Source: a virus. Taken from it: a stretch of 64,000 nucleotides of DNA. The notes below the pieces were generated by a model. The model did not search any database. It had not been told where the DNA came from and worked only from the letters and a program-made list of their open reading frames with translations. Below are positions 17,022 through 26,218 of the stretch, in pieces. The position numbers and the translations under genes are program-made. Every line of letters begins with the position of its first letter. The first letter of the stretch is position 1. Where the stretch lies: the IMG/VR virus record IMGVR_UViG_3300023174_000053, positions 64,001 to 128,000 of that record, one strand, 5' to 3'.

Positions 17022-18398
17022 TTAAAATTTAAATCCTGAGAATTTGTCTGTTTTTTTGTCTTCTTCATAAGTATACTCTTCCTCTTGTCCAGAGTCAAGT
17101 ATATCTTTTTGAGCACTTTGTTCTACATCATAAAGACGCATTTTTGCTCTATCAATTCCAACTACAAATCTCTTATTCATAGTTGGGTCATTATATCTAT
17201 TCTTCAATTGTTTTACCATAATCTGTCCTAGTCCTTCCAACTCTTCTGTGCTAATAAGGGCAAACATAAGATCAGCAGTAGCAGGAAGACCAAAGGATTC
17301 ACTAGTATCAGTAAGGTCAGGATCAGAGCTAGAAAAACCACTACGAGTAGTCTGGGTAGCGGAAACAATTGGGACATTTGATTCAACTGCGAGACCACGG
17401 AGTTCTTCCGCAATTGCTTTAACATAAGAGTAAGAATTGACTGAAAAATTACTCTTATACCTTGAGGACCCACAAATATTAAGGTAGTCAATGAAAATAA
17501 TATCAGGTTTAAATGATTTCTTAAGAGAGAGTTCATTTAGAAGTGCCCTAAAGTGTCCTGCGTGTGCGGAAGCAGTTGGATACTCTTTGATAATCAAAGT
17601 TCCTTGTGTCTTCTTCGCAATATTATTTACTTTCGTATCAAACATCATTTTTGGTAATGTTTCGATATCTTTAATATTTACATTCAAAAGGTTTGCGTCA
17701 ATTCGTTCAGCAATTTTCTCTTCTGCCATTTCAAGCGTAATATACAATACGTTCCGTCCTTGGAGCAAGACGGAGCTAGCCACATGGCACATGAATAAAG
17801 ATTTCCCGACACCCGTACCAGCAAGTGCGATATTAAGAGTTTTGTTAGGGATACCCCCTTTGGTAATTTTGTTAAAATATTCCAAATCAAATGAGATTTT
17901 ATCTTCTTTTCTGTGATAAGAGTCATATCGTTCTTGGTAATCTTTTAGGTAATCGTGTCCAATGTGGCTATCAAATCCAATAGCAAGTGCTTCTTGTAAA
18001 ATTGTTGGAATGGAATCTCTAGACTTCTTTTCGTCTTGTCCATCAGCAATTTTGATACTTTCCATAAGAGCAAGATAGATTGCTCGGTCTTTACACCACT
18101 TTTCAGTAGTATCTACTAACCATTGTTTATCTGCTGGGTCATCATTAAGATTGGAAATATAATCACAAATAATTTTATAAGTATCCTCTGTGATATCAGT
18201 TCTTTTTTCTGTTTCAATCAAAAGAACTTCTTTTGTTGCGAGTTGTTCATAGGCAACAATAAACTTACAGATTTCTTCAAAAACTACTTTCTCGTGAAGG
18301 TTTTCAAAATATTCATTTTTAATAAAAGGTAATACTTTTCTACAATAATCATTATTGAAAAGTAAATTTCTCAAAATAGTAGTTTCGACTTTTTCCAT
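17022..18398 (-). CDS. Replicative DNA helicase (gp41)
   Basis: Walker A AGTGVGKS, IIKEYPT, FIDYLN, SESFGLPATAD, KQLKNRY. Confidence 0.97.
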   Translation of the reverse strand: MEKVETTILRNLLFNNDYCRKVLPFIKNEYFENLHEKVVFEEICKFIVAYEQLATKEVLLIETEKRTDITEDTYKIICDYISNLNDDPADKQWLVDTTEKWCKDRAIYLALMESIKIADGQDEKKSRDSIPTILQEALAIGFDSHIGHDYLKDYQERYDSYHRKEDKISFDLEYFNKITKGGIPNKTLNIALAGTGVGKSLFMCHVASSVLLQGRNVLYITLEMAEEKIAERIDANLLNVNIKDIETLPKMMFDTKVNNIAKKTQGTLIIKEYPTASAHAGHFRALLNELSLKKSFKPDIIFIDYLNICGSSRYKSNFSVNSYSYVKAIAEELRGLAVESNVPIVSATQTTRSGFSSSDPDLTDTSESFGLPATADLMFALISTEELEGLGQIMVKQLKNRYNDPTMNKRFVVGIDRAKMRLYDVEQSAQKDILDSGQEEEYTYEEDKKTDKFSGFKF

Positions 18399-18409
18399 TA
18401 CTCCTCTAA

Positions 18410-18964
18410 CTATGGATTTCGTTTGTGGTGAGGAGCATCGAATACAAAAGTAATTCTAACTTCATCACCAATATTTTCAGCACTATGGGGAAGTTTATTG
18501 TTAAACCAAAAGAAAGTTCCTGGTTCAACAATCATAGTTTCATCCCCTACACTATACCTGTATTTTCCCTGAATGGAAAGGTGGTATCTATCTTTTGTAA
18601 GATAATAAGTTCCCTCATCAATATGAGAACCTACTATTTCCCCAACAGGCAAAGAAAGAAAAGCACAACGACGTATTTTCTTAAAATATGTCTTTAAGAA
18701 TTTAAGAACTTCTGTGTGCTTTTCGTATGCGGGTGTTTGAATACAAATTTCAGTATCACCAACATATTGTCCTTCCTTTTCTATTCCACCCATTATCAAT
18801 TGAAGAACATCAACCGTAACAGTATATTTTGTTGGGTCAAGTTGTTCTATTTTTTTATCTTTGATATTTTTCTGTGAACCCCAATCTTCTGGGTGCTTCT
18901 TTATTTGTTCTAATATTTTAGATACATCAATTCCAGTTTTTATAACTCGAATATTTTTCATCAT
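18410..18964 (-). CDS. 2OG-Fe(II) oxygenase, Asp/Asn beta-hydroxylase family
   Basis: HID...RYHL...WFNNKLPH...RITFVFD (HxD...H...R). Confidence 0.8.
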   Translation of the reverse strand: MMKNIRVIKTGIDVSKILEQIKKHPEDWGSQKNIKDKKIEQLDPTKYTVTVDVLQLIMGGIEKEGQYVGDTEICIQTPAYEKHTEVLKFLKTYFKKIRRCAFLSLPVGEIVGSHIDEGTYYLTKDRYHLSIQGKYRYSVGDETMIVEPGTFFWFNNKLPHSAENIGDEVRITFVFDAPHHKRNP

Positions 18965-19962
18965 CCATAACTAAACTCTTTTCTTGCGATTTCGTCAAGT
19001 GCTTGCATTACTTCTGGAGTAAAATACTTTTCTGGATTTTTCAGTATTTCTTTTGCGTAAAGTTTTTTACCATCCATTTCGTACCTACCAGCAACATTCT
19101 TCCACAACCCACCCAATTCTCCAAGTTCAAGCAAACCATAATACCTATCAAGACCACGCTCATCATAGAACAAACGAATTTCAACATCTTGATTTTCTTT
19201 ACTTAGACGCGACTTAGCAGTCTTTGCCTTGATAATGTTTCCAATGACTTCTGTTCCTTCCTTCTCCTTTTTCTTTGAGAGATGAATGATGGTAGAAGCA
19301 GCATACTTAAGACCACTACCACCACCCATTTCTTTTGTTGGAACATAAGCACCAATAACATCATAGGTGTGATTGGTTACAATCATAGGAATTTTTGCCT
19401 TTCCGAGTTTCAATGTAACCATACGGAATGCACCTTTAATGAGTTGAGATTTGGTCATGTCCCTAACTTCTTTGTCATTCAGGGCATCACTAATCTCTTT
19501 ACTGGTGGAAAGCATACCTAAAGAATCCAGAACAAACATACAAGGACTGCGTTCCCCTTCAGGTTTCTTTAGGTAAAGGTCAACTGCCTTTAGTGCCGTG
19601 CCACGAAATTCTTCAACTGTGACCACATTGACAACAACCACTCTACTTGTGTCGATACCTCTACTCTCCAGTAAGGATCGTGTGATTGCAGCCTCAGTAT
19701 CAAAATACAAGCAGTATCCAGTAGGATTATTATCAAGAAAATTTTTGACCACTGCCAAACTGAAAAAAGTTTTTCCTGTAGAACTTTCACCTGCGATTGC
19801 AGTGATTTTATTACCAGATACACCACCAAAGATACTCCCAGACACAAGAGCATTAAATATGTACGAACCCGTATCCACATAAGTTTCAGTCTCGTCAATA
19901 TCTGCTGCAAGTTGTGTGTATTCTCCACCAATCTCTTTTACAATGTCTTTAAGAAAATCCAT
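18961..19962 (-). CDS. uvsX: RecA-like recombinase UvsX
   Basis: [32 protein letters not shown]. Confidence 0.96.
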   Translation of the reverse strand: MDFLKDIVKEIGGEYTQLAADIDETETYVDTGSYIFNALVSGSIFGGVSGNKITAIAGESSTGKTFFSLAVVKNFLDNNPTGYCLYFDTEAAITRSLLESRGIDTSRVVVVNVVTVEEFRGTALKAVDLYLKKPEGERSPCMFVLDSLGMLSTSKEISDALNDKEVRDMTKSQLIKGAFRMVTLKLGKAKIPMIVTNHTYDVIGAYVPTKEMGGGSGLKYAASTIIHLSKKKEKEGTEVIGNIIKAKTAKSRLSKENQDVEIRLFYDERGLDRYYGLLELGELGGLWKNVAGRYEMDGKKLYAKEILKNPEKYFTPEVMQALDEIARKEFSYG

Positions 19963-19964
19963 AG

Positions 19965-20087
19965 TTATTTACCTTTTTGATATTTGTAATTGAACCAATA
20001 GGCCCAAAGTTTATTATATAACTGTTTATTGCCTTTAACAGATTCTATAATATATTTACATTCTTCTTCTGTAATTGAAAGTTCCAT
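19965..20087 (-). CDS. Small hypothetical protein (40 aa, [10 protein letters not shown]...)
   Basis: Manual translation; TAATG coupling to the polymerase C-terminal part. Confidence 0.5.
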   Translation of the reverse strand: MELSITEEECKYIIESVKGNKQLYNKLWAYWFNYKYQKGK

Positions 20088-21196
20088 TATCCAAAAAATG
20101 ATTCAAGGTTTACTGTTTTTTCTACTTTCCAGTTAATTGCATCCAAAATTACTTTCATTGGTTCCAAAAATGCTTTACTGAATTGTAAGTCATAATCAAT
20201 ATATTTGTCTAGTCCAAATTCTTTTGGGAATTCTTGAATATAAGAAATAACATTCTCACGAATTGGATTTGGAAGTTTTAAATAGCAAAATTTAATCTTC
20301 TCACCATTTTGAATCTTTGCATATTTCTTATCCAATTTCTTTTCTTTAATTAGATGATTATAGAGAATTGCTCCTCTTGCGTGAATAGGAGTTCCTTTAC
20401 AATAAAGAGTTGATGAAGATTTATGTTTATCTACGTCATTAATTGAACGTGGAAATGAAATTTCTTCTGGGGGAAGTTCATTAAATGCTTTACGAAAATT
20501 ATCTATAAAAGAAATCATTTCGTCTTCTGTTTTAGTCATTACAATTTTAAGAGCATCCTTAATCTTTTGACGACAAGGAGCAGGAGTAGAAGATTTGACT
20601 GCTTCCAATCCCATAATTTTTAATTTAGGTTCATCATACCTAACACCCTCACTATCCCAAACATTCAGAATGTATCGTTTTTTGGCAGTCCAGATTCCAC
20701 GGTCGGCAATATTCTCCCGTTTCATCTGCATCTTCTGGTCGTATGCATTTACATAGTCTGCCAGTTCTTGGTAAGAACTCTCAATATATTTTTCAAATTC
20801 CACCTCACAGACCTTATCAAGGAACCCAACAATTTCCTCAGTAGTTTTTTCTCTTCCTTTGTATACAGTCTCGACAAAAGGACCCATATTAAGGTAGATA
20901 GAATCAGTATCAGAAGCAATAACATAATCAACATCATTTGTTTTAAGAATTTTGTTTAGGTATGAATTCATTTTACGTTCAATCCAACGAATGGAAACTT
21001 GCCCAGACATTGTAATTGCTTCAGCATTTGCTAGTTTATAATACCTGAAATACTGATTACCGATAGCACCATACAAACTATTAATTTGTATCTTTCTAGC
21101 CATTTGGTTATTTGTATATTTTGATATATTTTTTATGCAATTTTGACGAAGTTTTTTCAACTCATCTGATGATATTTTAGAATAATCAATTTCCAT
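20087..21196 (-). CDS. Family B DNA polymerase gp43, C-terminal part (second finger helix, palm, thumb)
   Basis: KIQINSLYG (motif B), SDTDS (motif C), KKRY. Confidence 0.95.
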   Translation of the reverse strand: MEIDYSKISSDELKKLRQNCIKNISKYTNNQMARKIQINSLYGAIGNQYFRYYKLANAEAITMSGQVSIRWIERKMNSYLNKILKTNDVDYVIASDTDSIYLNMGPFVETVYKGREKTTEEIVGFLDKVCEVEFEKYIESSYQELADYVNAYDQKMQMKRENIADRGIWTAKKRYILNVWDSEGVRYDEPKLKIMGLEAVKSSTPAPCRQKIKDALKIVMTKTEDEMISFIDNFRKAFNELPPEEISFPRSINDVDKHKSSSTLYCKGTPIHARGAILYNHLIKEKKLDKKYAKIQNGEKIKFCYLKLPNPIRENVISYIQEFPKEFGLDKYIDYDLQFSKAFLEPMKVILDAINWKVEKTVNLESFFG

Positions 21197-21860
21197 AATA
21201 TTTTTCCAAAGGAATACTTCTCCACATCAAAACTCTTGTTATATTTGAATTTTTTGCTCCATCTTTTCTGTAAAGATTTTGATTAGAAATCCAAATATTA
21301 AATTCTTTTTCACTCATAGAAATAAATTTTAATTTTGTATTTTTTCTAGTTTCTGATATTTTTTTTGATTTTTCTGGAGGACAAGGTAAAGATTTTCTAT
21401 TTTTGGGATACTCTATCTTCATTCCAATTTTTTTTTGTCTCATTTTTTCTATTCCATTTTTAATGACCTCATCATTAGCACCAAAATATTTTTTTCCCGA
21501 CATATCATTTCTTTTTTTACCTGTCCTAATTTTAGACAAACATTTTCTGGCAATTTCATATTGTCTAGATGTATATGTTCTTTCTTGCAAATCATTTGAA
21601 ACACACATCATAGCAAATGCAGACCCCATATTAAATGTTTTTCTATTTCTAATACCATATCTTTTCAAACATATTTTATAAAGTAACCAATGTGCTAAAA
21701 AATGTTCTCTTGCAGTCAAATAGACAATTCTATCATTTTTGCCATATATTGATATTGGAAAAATATGATGCCCCTCAAGATAAAGACCATCATAATTTTT
21801 TTTCCAATTTCGATTTTCTGTGAATTTGACTAATTTGCAATATATTTTTAAATAATTCAT
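21186..21860 (-). CDS. HNH homing endonuclease (MobE-like) inserted in gp43
   Basis: YLEGHHIFP...G.ND..VYLTAREHFLAHWLL; ATG at 21860. Confidence 0.88.
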   Translation of the reverse strand: MNYLKIYCKLVKFTENRNWKKNYDGLYLEGHHIFPISIYGKNDRIVYLTAREHFLAHWLLYKICLKRYGIRNRKTFNMGSAFAMMCVSNDLQERTYTSRQYEIARKCLSKIRTGKKRNDMSGKKYFGANDEVIKNGIEKMRQKKIGMKIEYPKNRKSLPCPPEKSKKISETRKNTKLKFISMSEKEFNIWISNQNLYRKDGAKNSNITRVLMWRSIPLEKYYGN

Positions 21861-21864
21861 ATTA

Positions 21865-21908
21865 GACTTCAATACACTTTATTATTTATATTATAAAGTA
21901 TTTAAGTC
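21865..21908 (-). promoter_or_regulatory. Hairpin with late promoter TATAAATA (21883-21890) in its loop
   Basis: GACTT.AATAC.TTTAT pairs imperfectly with ATAAA.GTATT.AAGTC just before the HNH start. Confidence 0.65.
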
Positions 21909-23366
21909 AATACCACGTTTTTTTAACTCATTTTCAATTTCTTCTAATTTTGATTTTTCTTTCAACATTTCCTTTTTGAAAAATTGTCGATCATTAAATA
22001 TATTCTCAACAAGTTCTGGAAATATCCCTCTTTTGGTTGTATCATACATACAACCATTAGCAGAAACACATTTACCTTCAATATTTTCTATAACAATTTC
22101 CTTGTTGAGTAATTTATCAACAGTTATTCCTGGATATTTTTCATCTAAAAGAGTTTCTGGAGAAATATTATATTGCATAATAAGAGAAGGATATAGAGAT
22201 GTTAAATCAAAACTCACAATCCAATCATACTTTCCAGGAATCGGTTCCTTGACATATGCCCCCGCAAATTTATCACTCTTTTCTGAACGGTCTTTAGGAG
22301 GAATAACAATATTCCTTTTCTTCAAGTAGTTATAAATGATTGCATCCCAAGTTCTTACCTGAAAGAACACATCATTAAAATTAACCTTAGCATCATAAGC
22401 CATCGTAAAACATAGTTCGATAAGTTTCATCTTATCTTCTAATTGGTCTACAAGTTCTACGTCTCGAATATTATAATCAATAAACTTCTGCCAATCTTTT
22501 GTATAAAAATCTTTAAAAGTCTCAAATTCAGAGTGGTCCAATTTCTTTTGACCTAGTTCCACATTCGCAATATGATCTAGACGATAAGATTCCTGTGCCT
22601 TATAAGTAAATTTCTTATAAAGGTCAAGGTAATCAATTACAGAAACCCCAGCAACTTCATAAGAGATTTGTTCTCTTCCTTTAATTACAAGTTCTTTTCT
22701 GCGAATATTTCCCCAAGGAGAAAGACGACGTGCTTCCTTTTCTCCGAGAATTCTATCAATTCTTCCAGCAATATAAGGAATATCATACAACTCACAGTTC
22801 CAACCTGTAATCACATCAGGAGTTTCTCTTTCCCAAAATGCGAGAAAGTGCTGAATCAAATCAATCTCATCCCTACACTCAACATACACAACGTCCTTAC
22901 GAGTATTAATATAAGGACGAGAAGCAAAACAAATAATATGCTTTGTTGAGTAGTTTTGTAGTGTGATTGCTAGAAGTTCTTCGGCACAATCAAATACATT
23001 TGGGAATCCATTCTCAGAAGCAACCTCAATGTCAATTGTTACGAGACGAATTTTTTTAATATCAAACTTAATCTCATCTTCTGGATATGTTTGAGAAATA
23101 TATTGTGCTTTGTAATTATCATTACCATAAACAGTAAATCCTTCTACATTTTCATATTTCTTCAAAAATTCCTTACAATCTGAAATCTTTCCAGGTTGAA
23201 TTGGTTCAACACTCGACCCATCAAGAGTTTTATACTTACTTTGTTTTTTAGAAGTCACATACAGAGTTGGTTGAAACTCTTCCTCTGACTGAAAATACCT
23301 ACCGTCTTCATAACCACGAACCAACATTTTATTAAATTTTTCATAGACGTTGGTATAAAATCTCAT
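21891..23366 (-). CDS. Family B DNA polymerase gp43, N-terminal part (exonuclease, motif A, first finger helix)
   Basis: DIEV, GWN...YD, YNIRD, SFDLTSLYP; terminates inside the fingers domain. Confidence 0.95.
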   Translation of the reverse strand: MRFYTNVYEKFNKMLVRGYEDGRYFQSEEEFQPTLYVTSKKQSKYKTLDGSSVEPIQPGKISDCKEFLKKYENVEGFTVYGNDNYKAQYISQTYPEDEIKFDIKKIRLVTIDIEVASENGFPNVFDCAEELLAITLQNYSTKHIICFASRPYINTRKDVVYVECRDEIDLIQHFLAFWERETPDVITGWNCELYDIPYIAGRIDRILGEKEARRLSPWGNIRRKELVIKGREQISYEVAGVSVIDYLDLYKKFTYKAQESYRLDHIANVELGQKKLDHSEFETFKDFYTKDWQKFIDYNIRDVELVDQLEDKMKLIELCFTMAYDAKVNFNDVFFQVRTWDAIIYNYLKKRNIVIPPKDRSEKSDKFAGAYVKEPIPGKYDWIVSFDLTSLYPSLIMQYNISPETLLDEKYPGITVDKLLNKEIVIENIEGKCVSANGCMYDTTKRGIFPELVENIFNDRQFFKKEMLKEKSKLEEIENELKKRGIDLNTL

Positions 23367-23686
23367 TTTGTAAGTTCAGTATATTCATTAAGTAGTTCTT
23401 TTGTGGGTTCAACGAGAGTTAAAATCTTATCCGAACTCATCATAATTTCTTTGTCATTTGTAATTCTATTCAACCAAGGGGAAAGACTTCCGTCATCGGA
23501 AATCAAATATGGTTTTATTAACCTACAATTTGGTTCTCCAAAATCAACTAATACTTCTTGAATTTCAGTGATTAAATTCAACTGATTCATTAAGATGAGA
23601 ACTTGAACTATCGGGTCCGACATCATCGGTTCTTCCGATGGTTCCCCCATCATTTGATCCACTGACATTGTAATTTCCTCTTCCAT
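23363..23686 (-). CDS. Small conserved hypothetical (Sm-like/beta-barrel) protein
   Basis: Resembles 23565..23990 (PY...PW...D...T.VEP). Confidence 0.65.
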   Translation of the reverse strand: MEEEITMSVDQMMGEPSEEPMMSDPIVQVLILMNQLNLITEIQEVLVDFGEPNCRLIKPYLISDDGSLSPWLNRITNDKEIMMSSDKILTLVEPTKELLNEYTELTK

Positions 23687-23990
23687 TCATTCTCTCCTCA
23701 TAAGATTTTTTTAAAGTTGCTGCTGGTTCTACAATTGTAACTACCCAATCTGGGTTAATCGCAATATCAGTATCATCGGACAAAGGAACCCAAGGATATA
23801 CTGAGATATTATATGCTCTCGTTTCTGGTTGCTCTGAATCTTCCATCAATACTTGTGGTTGAGTCAGTTTAACAACATAAGGATTAGAAAAAATATAAGA
23901 AACAATTTTATTTGTTTCTTCTGAAATTGCTTCTCTAATATCTGCGATTACATCTTCACCAGATTTTAATAATGCTAGTTTTACAGTCAT
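23565..23990 (-). CDS. Conserved hypothetical (Sm-like/beta-barrel) protein
   Basis: KLALLKSGEDVIAD...PW.PLS...DWVVTIVEP. Confidence 0.75.
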   Translation of the reverse strand: MTVKLALLKSGEDVIADIREAISEETNKIVSYIFSNPYVVKLTQPQVLMEDSEQPETRAYNISVYPWVPLSDDTDIAINPDWVVTIVEPAATLKKSYEERMNGRGNYNVSGSNDGGTIGRTDDVGPDSSSSHLNESVEFNH

Positions 23991-24011
23991 TTTATTCCCA
24001 TACCTGTTGTA

Positions 24012-24040
24012 ATTTTACCAAAAAAATAGGGGAGTGTCAA
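24012..24040 (-). promoter_or_regulatory. Sigma70-type promoter overlapping a terminator
   Basis: TTGACA-17 nt-TAAAAT. Confidence 0.7.
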
Positions 24041-24064
24041 ACTGGTTTGTGCCAGTTACTCCCC
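24020..24064 (-). terminator. Intrinsic terminator after hsp20
   Basis: GGGGAGT.AACTGG-loop-CCAGTT...ACTCCCC-TATTTTTTT. Confidence 0.7.
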
Positions 24065-24094
24065 TGCAGCGACGATAGTTTAACTCAATACTAT

Positions 24095-24538
24095 TTAGTT
24101 AAGTTGATAAACCTTTTTCTTTTGGTGTTCTGGAATAACTCTATTTAGTTTGATTGTGAGTAATCCATTCTCAAAGGAAACATCTTTAACTTCTACATCA
24201 TCAGATAAAGTCCAACTGCGGGTGAATGCCCTCTTTGCTAATCCTTGATGCAGATACTCATCATCAGTATCACTAACTTTCTTTGCTTCTATAAAGAGTT
24301 TATTCCATTCTGTAGTAACTTCAATATCTTCTCTCTTATATCCAGCAAGTGCGATTTCTAATCTAAATTCAACACTACTTTCTTTGACTAAATTGTATGG
24401 TGGATAGTTTGTGTGCGTATCAAACGCAGTATCAAACCTCTTAAACCACTCATCCATCCCAATACTATTCTTTTGAATTTCCAACAAATACTTTGCAGTT
24501 TGTGGTACTGTGAGCGTAAACGAATCTGTTCCAAACAT
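24095..24538 (-). CDS. hsp20: Small heat shock protein Hsp20
   Basis: NYPPYNL, EIALAG, H.GLA.R.F.R, ENGLL.I.L. Confidence 0.93.
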   Translation of the reverse strand: MFGTDSFTLTVPQTAKYLLEIQKNSIGMDEWFKRFDTAFDTHTNYPPYNLVKESSVEFRLEIALAGYKREDIEVTTEWNKLFIEAKKVSDTDDEYLHQGLAKRAFTRSWTLSDDVEVKDVSFENGLLTIKLNRVIPEHQKKKVYQLN

Positions 24539-24643
24539 AATAGACCTCCTTAAAGCGTCTGTAAGTGTATAATGTCCCCGAAGGCAACATCATTAGTATA
24601 TATCACAGAACATAAAAAAGGGAGTGTTGATCTCCTTACTTTC

Positions 24644-25087
24644 TTATTCGGTTTCTTCTTCCACCCGTTTTTTCTTCGCACCAATATTATATTTGGTTTC
24701 CAAAATCCATTCTGCTTTATCTTTATAAGCAAGAACTTTGATTTGATTTAATGGAGCAATATCAGTAATACCTTCTGGTTTGACGATTGTAATCAATCCC
24801 CAATCACCAAGAAGTTGAATGATACGATTGCGACGTTGTACGTCATTTACAGTAAGATTTGCGTGTTTGCCATCTAAAGCAAACAATTCTTTAAAATGTA
24901 CAAGATAGTATCTACCTTGCTTATGAAGAATATGGCAAGACTGATAAATTTTCTTTTCCTTACGAGATGCAACCCCAATACGAGTGAGTGTTTCACGAAC
25001 CTTCAAAAAATCATCAGGTTCATTCAAAATCACTTCAACCATTTGGTCTTGCGACCAAATCACAATAGGTTCATTTACAACACTCAT
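24644..25087 (-). CDS. regA: Translational repressor RegA
   Basis: DDFLKVRETLTRIGVAS, QSCHILHKQGRY..VHFKELF. Confidence 0.96.
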   Translation of the reverse strand: MSVVNEPIVIWSQDQMVEVILNEPDDFLKVRETLTRIGVASRKEKKIYQSCHILHKQGRYYLVHFKELFALDGKHANLTVNDVQRRNRIIQLLGDWGLITIVKPEGITDIAPLNQIKVLAYKDKAEWILETKYNIGAKKKRVEEETE

Positions 25088-25470
25088 TTTGTTCCTCCAG
25101 TTTCAAGTTTTGATTTAATAAAATCTAGTTGTGTTTTTGTCAGAATTCTCAAAGCTTGTTTTGCCTTCTCATTACTATAACCATAGTAAGATTTGACTAT
25201 TTCAAGGTCTTTAATTTTTTCTTGTTTTAACCAAGGAGAGAATCTCTTCTTTTTCCTAATTATATTTATAAAAAAATCATATTGAAGTTTCTTATCTAAT
25301 GAGGAGAACTTATTCATCTCATTTGCGTACATCAAACAATCAATATGTCCCGACAAACATCTGTTAATAATATAAGGAGCATACTCCTTTGTAGAGGATG
25401 GGTCTTCATCCATAATATTTTTTTTATTTTGATTGATTGAGTTCAACCAATCCTTCAGTTCAATTTTCAT
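25084..25470 (-). CDS. Clamp loader small subunit (gp62)
   Basis: LKDWLNSIN, PYIINR, KKRFSPW, YYGYSNEKA; start refined to ATG 25470. Confidence 0.9.
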   Translation of the reverse strand: MKIELKDWLNSINQNKKNIMDEDPSSTKEYAPYIINRCLSGHIDCLMYANEMNKFSSLDKKLQYDFFINIIRKKKRFSPWLKQEKIKDLEIVKSYYGYSNEKAKQALRILTKTQLDFIKSKLETGGTK

Positions 25471-25618
25471 TCGTATAAGTTGCTGGATGAAAATTACAAT
25501 ACTCATTAAACACAATCTTACATTCTTTGTTAGTAAGATTACAATGCTGTGCTGCTTTTGGAAGATTCCACTTAGCAACAAAAAGCATTTCCATTGCTTC
25601 TCTAGTTTCAGGTCTCAT
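25460..25618 (-). CDS. Small hypothetical protein (52 aa, MRPETREAMEMLF..KWNLPKAA)
   Basis: Manual translation; below the ORF-track cutoff. Confidence 0.6.
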   Translation of the reverse strand: MRPETREAMEMLFVAKWNLPKAAQHCNLTNKECKIVFNEYCNFHPATYTNEN

Positions 25619-25624
25619 TTGAAA

Positions 25625-26218
25625 TTACACTTCATCATTTTTTTTCTGTATATCAATGATACTGGGTTTAACATCTTTTTTTGGAGTATTTAAACGAGTA
25701 AATCCAGATTCTTCAATTTTTTTATACCAAGTATTACCAAAAAATTTAGTAGCAGATACTTTTTTTGGATTTACTCTTATACTTCCACCTTTATTTTTAC
25801 TTTGCCACTGCACATTTTTAGATTTGCCAGGAGGCAGTTTTATTAAAATATCTTTGGGGTCTTCAAATTCTACTTCTTCGCAACAAACATATACCAAAAA
25901 AGAACTACTCAATTGTTCATCAGTTGGAATTTTATCATAAGTATAAACATAATGTAATCCAAAACCCTCTCCTTCTCTAGGATGAACTTTTTTTTGGAGA
26001 AGTTTGGTTGCAGGGTCTTTAAGAATAATATTTCCACAATCATCCATCTCATATATTTTATTTTTACGATAACGTTGAGAAGGATGAGGGATGCTACACC
26101 AATGAACTCTAATATCACTACCGTCCTCTATCAATGCATCTTGCAATAGGTTAGCGCATGTACATGTTCCAACGTGTGGCGCAAATGCATCCTTAAAAAC
26201 ATACTTAATTTTTTTCAT
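25625..26218 (-). CDS. Hypothetical protein inserted after gp44
   Basis: ORF track; ATGA overlap with gp44 stop; flanked by 17-nt imperfect direct repeats. Confidence 0.6.
   Translation of the reverse strand: MKKIKYVFKDAFAPHVGTCTCANLLQDALIEDGSDIRVHWCSIPHPSQRYRKNKIYEMDDCGNIILKDPATKLLQKKVHPREGEGFGLHYVYTYDKIPTDEQLSSSFLVYVCCEEVEFEDPKDILIKLPPGKSKNVQWQSKNKGGSIRVNPKKVSATKFFGNTWYKKIEESGFTRLNTPKKDVKPSIIDIQKKNDEV

Noticed and set aside
21186-21900. Group I intron or split intein in gp43
   Set aside because: There is no non-coding space for P3-P9 core elements, and no Cys/Ser start or His-Asn end intein motifs on either fragment
20087-23366. gp43 as a pseudogene
   Set aside because: Both parts keep all exonuclease and polymerase motifs in long intact frames, and the break is at a position tolerated in known split gp43s
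25471-25581. N-terminal extension of gp62 given in the ORF track
   Set aside because: Better explained by a separate 52-aa gene (25460-25618) in another frame and a gp62 ATG at 25470
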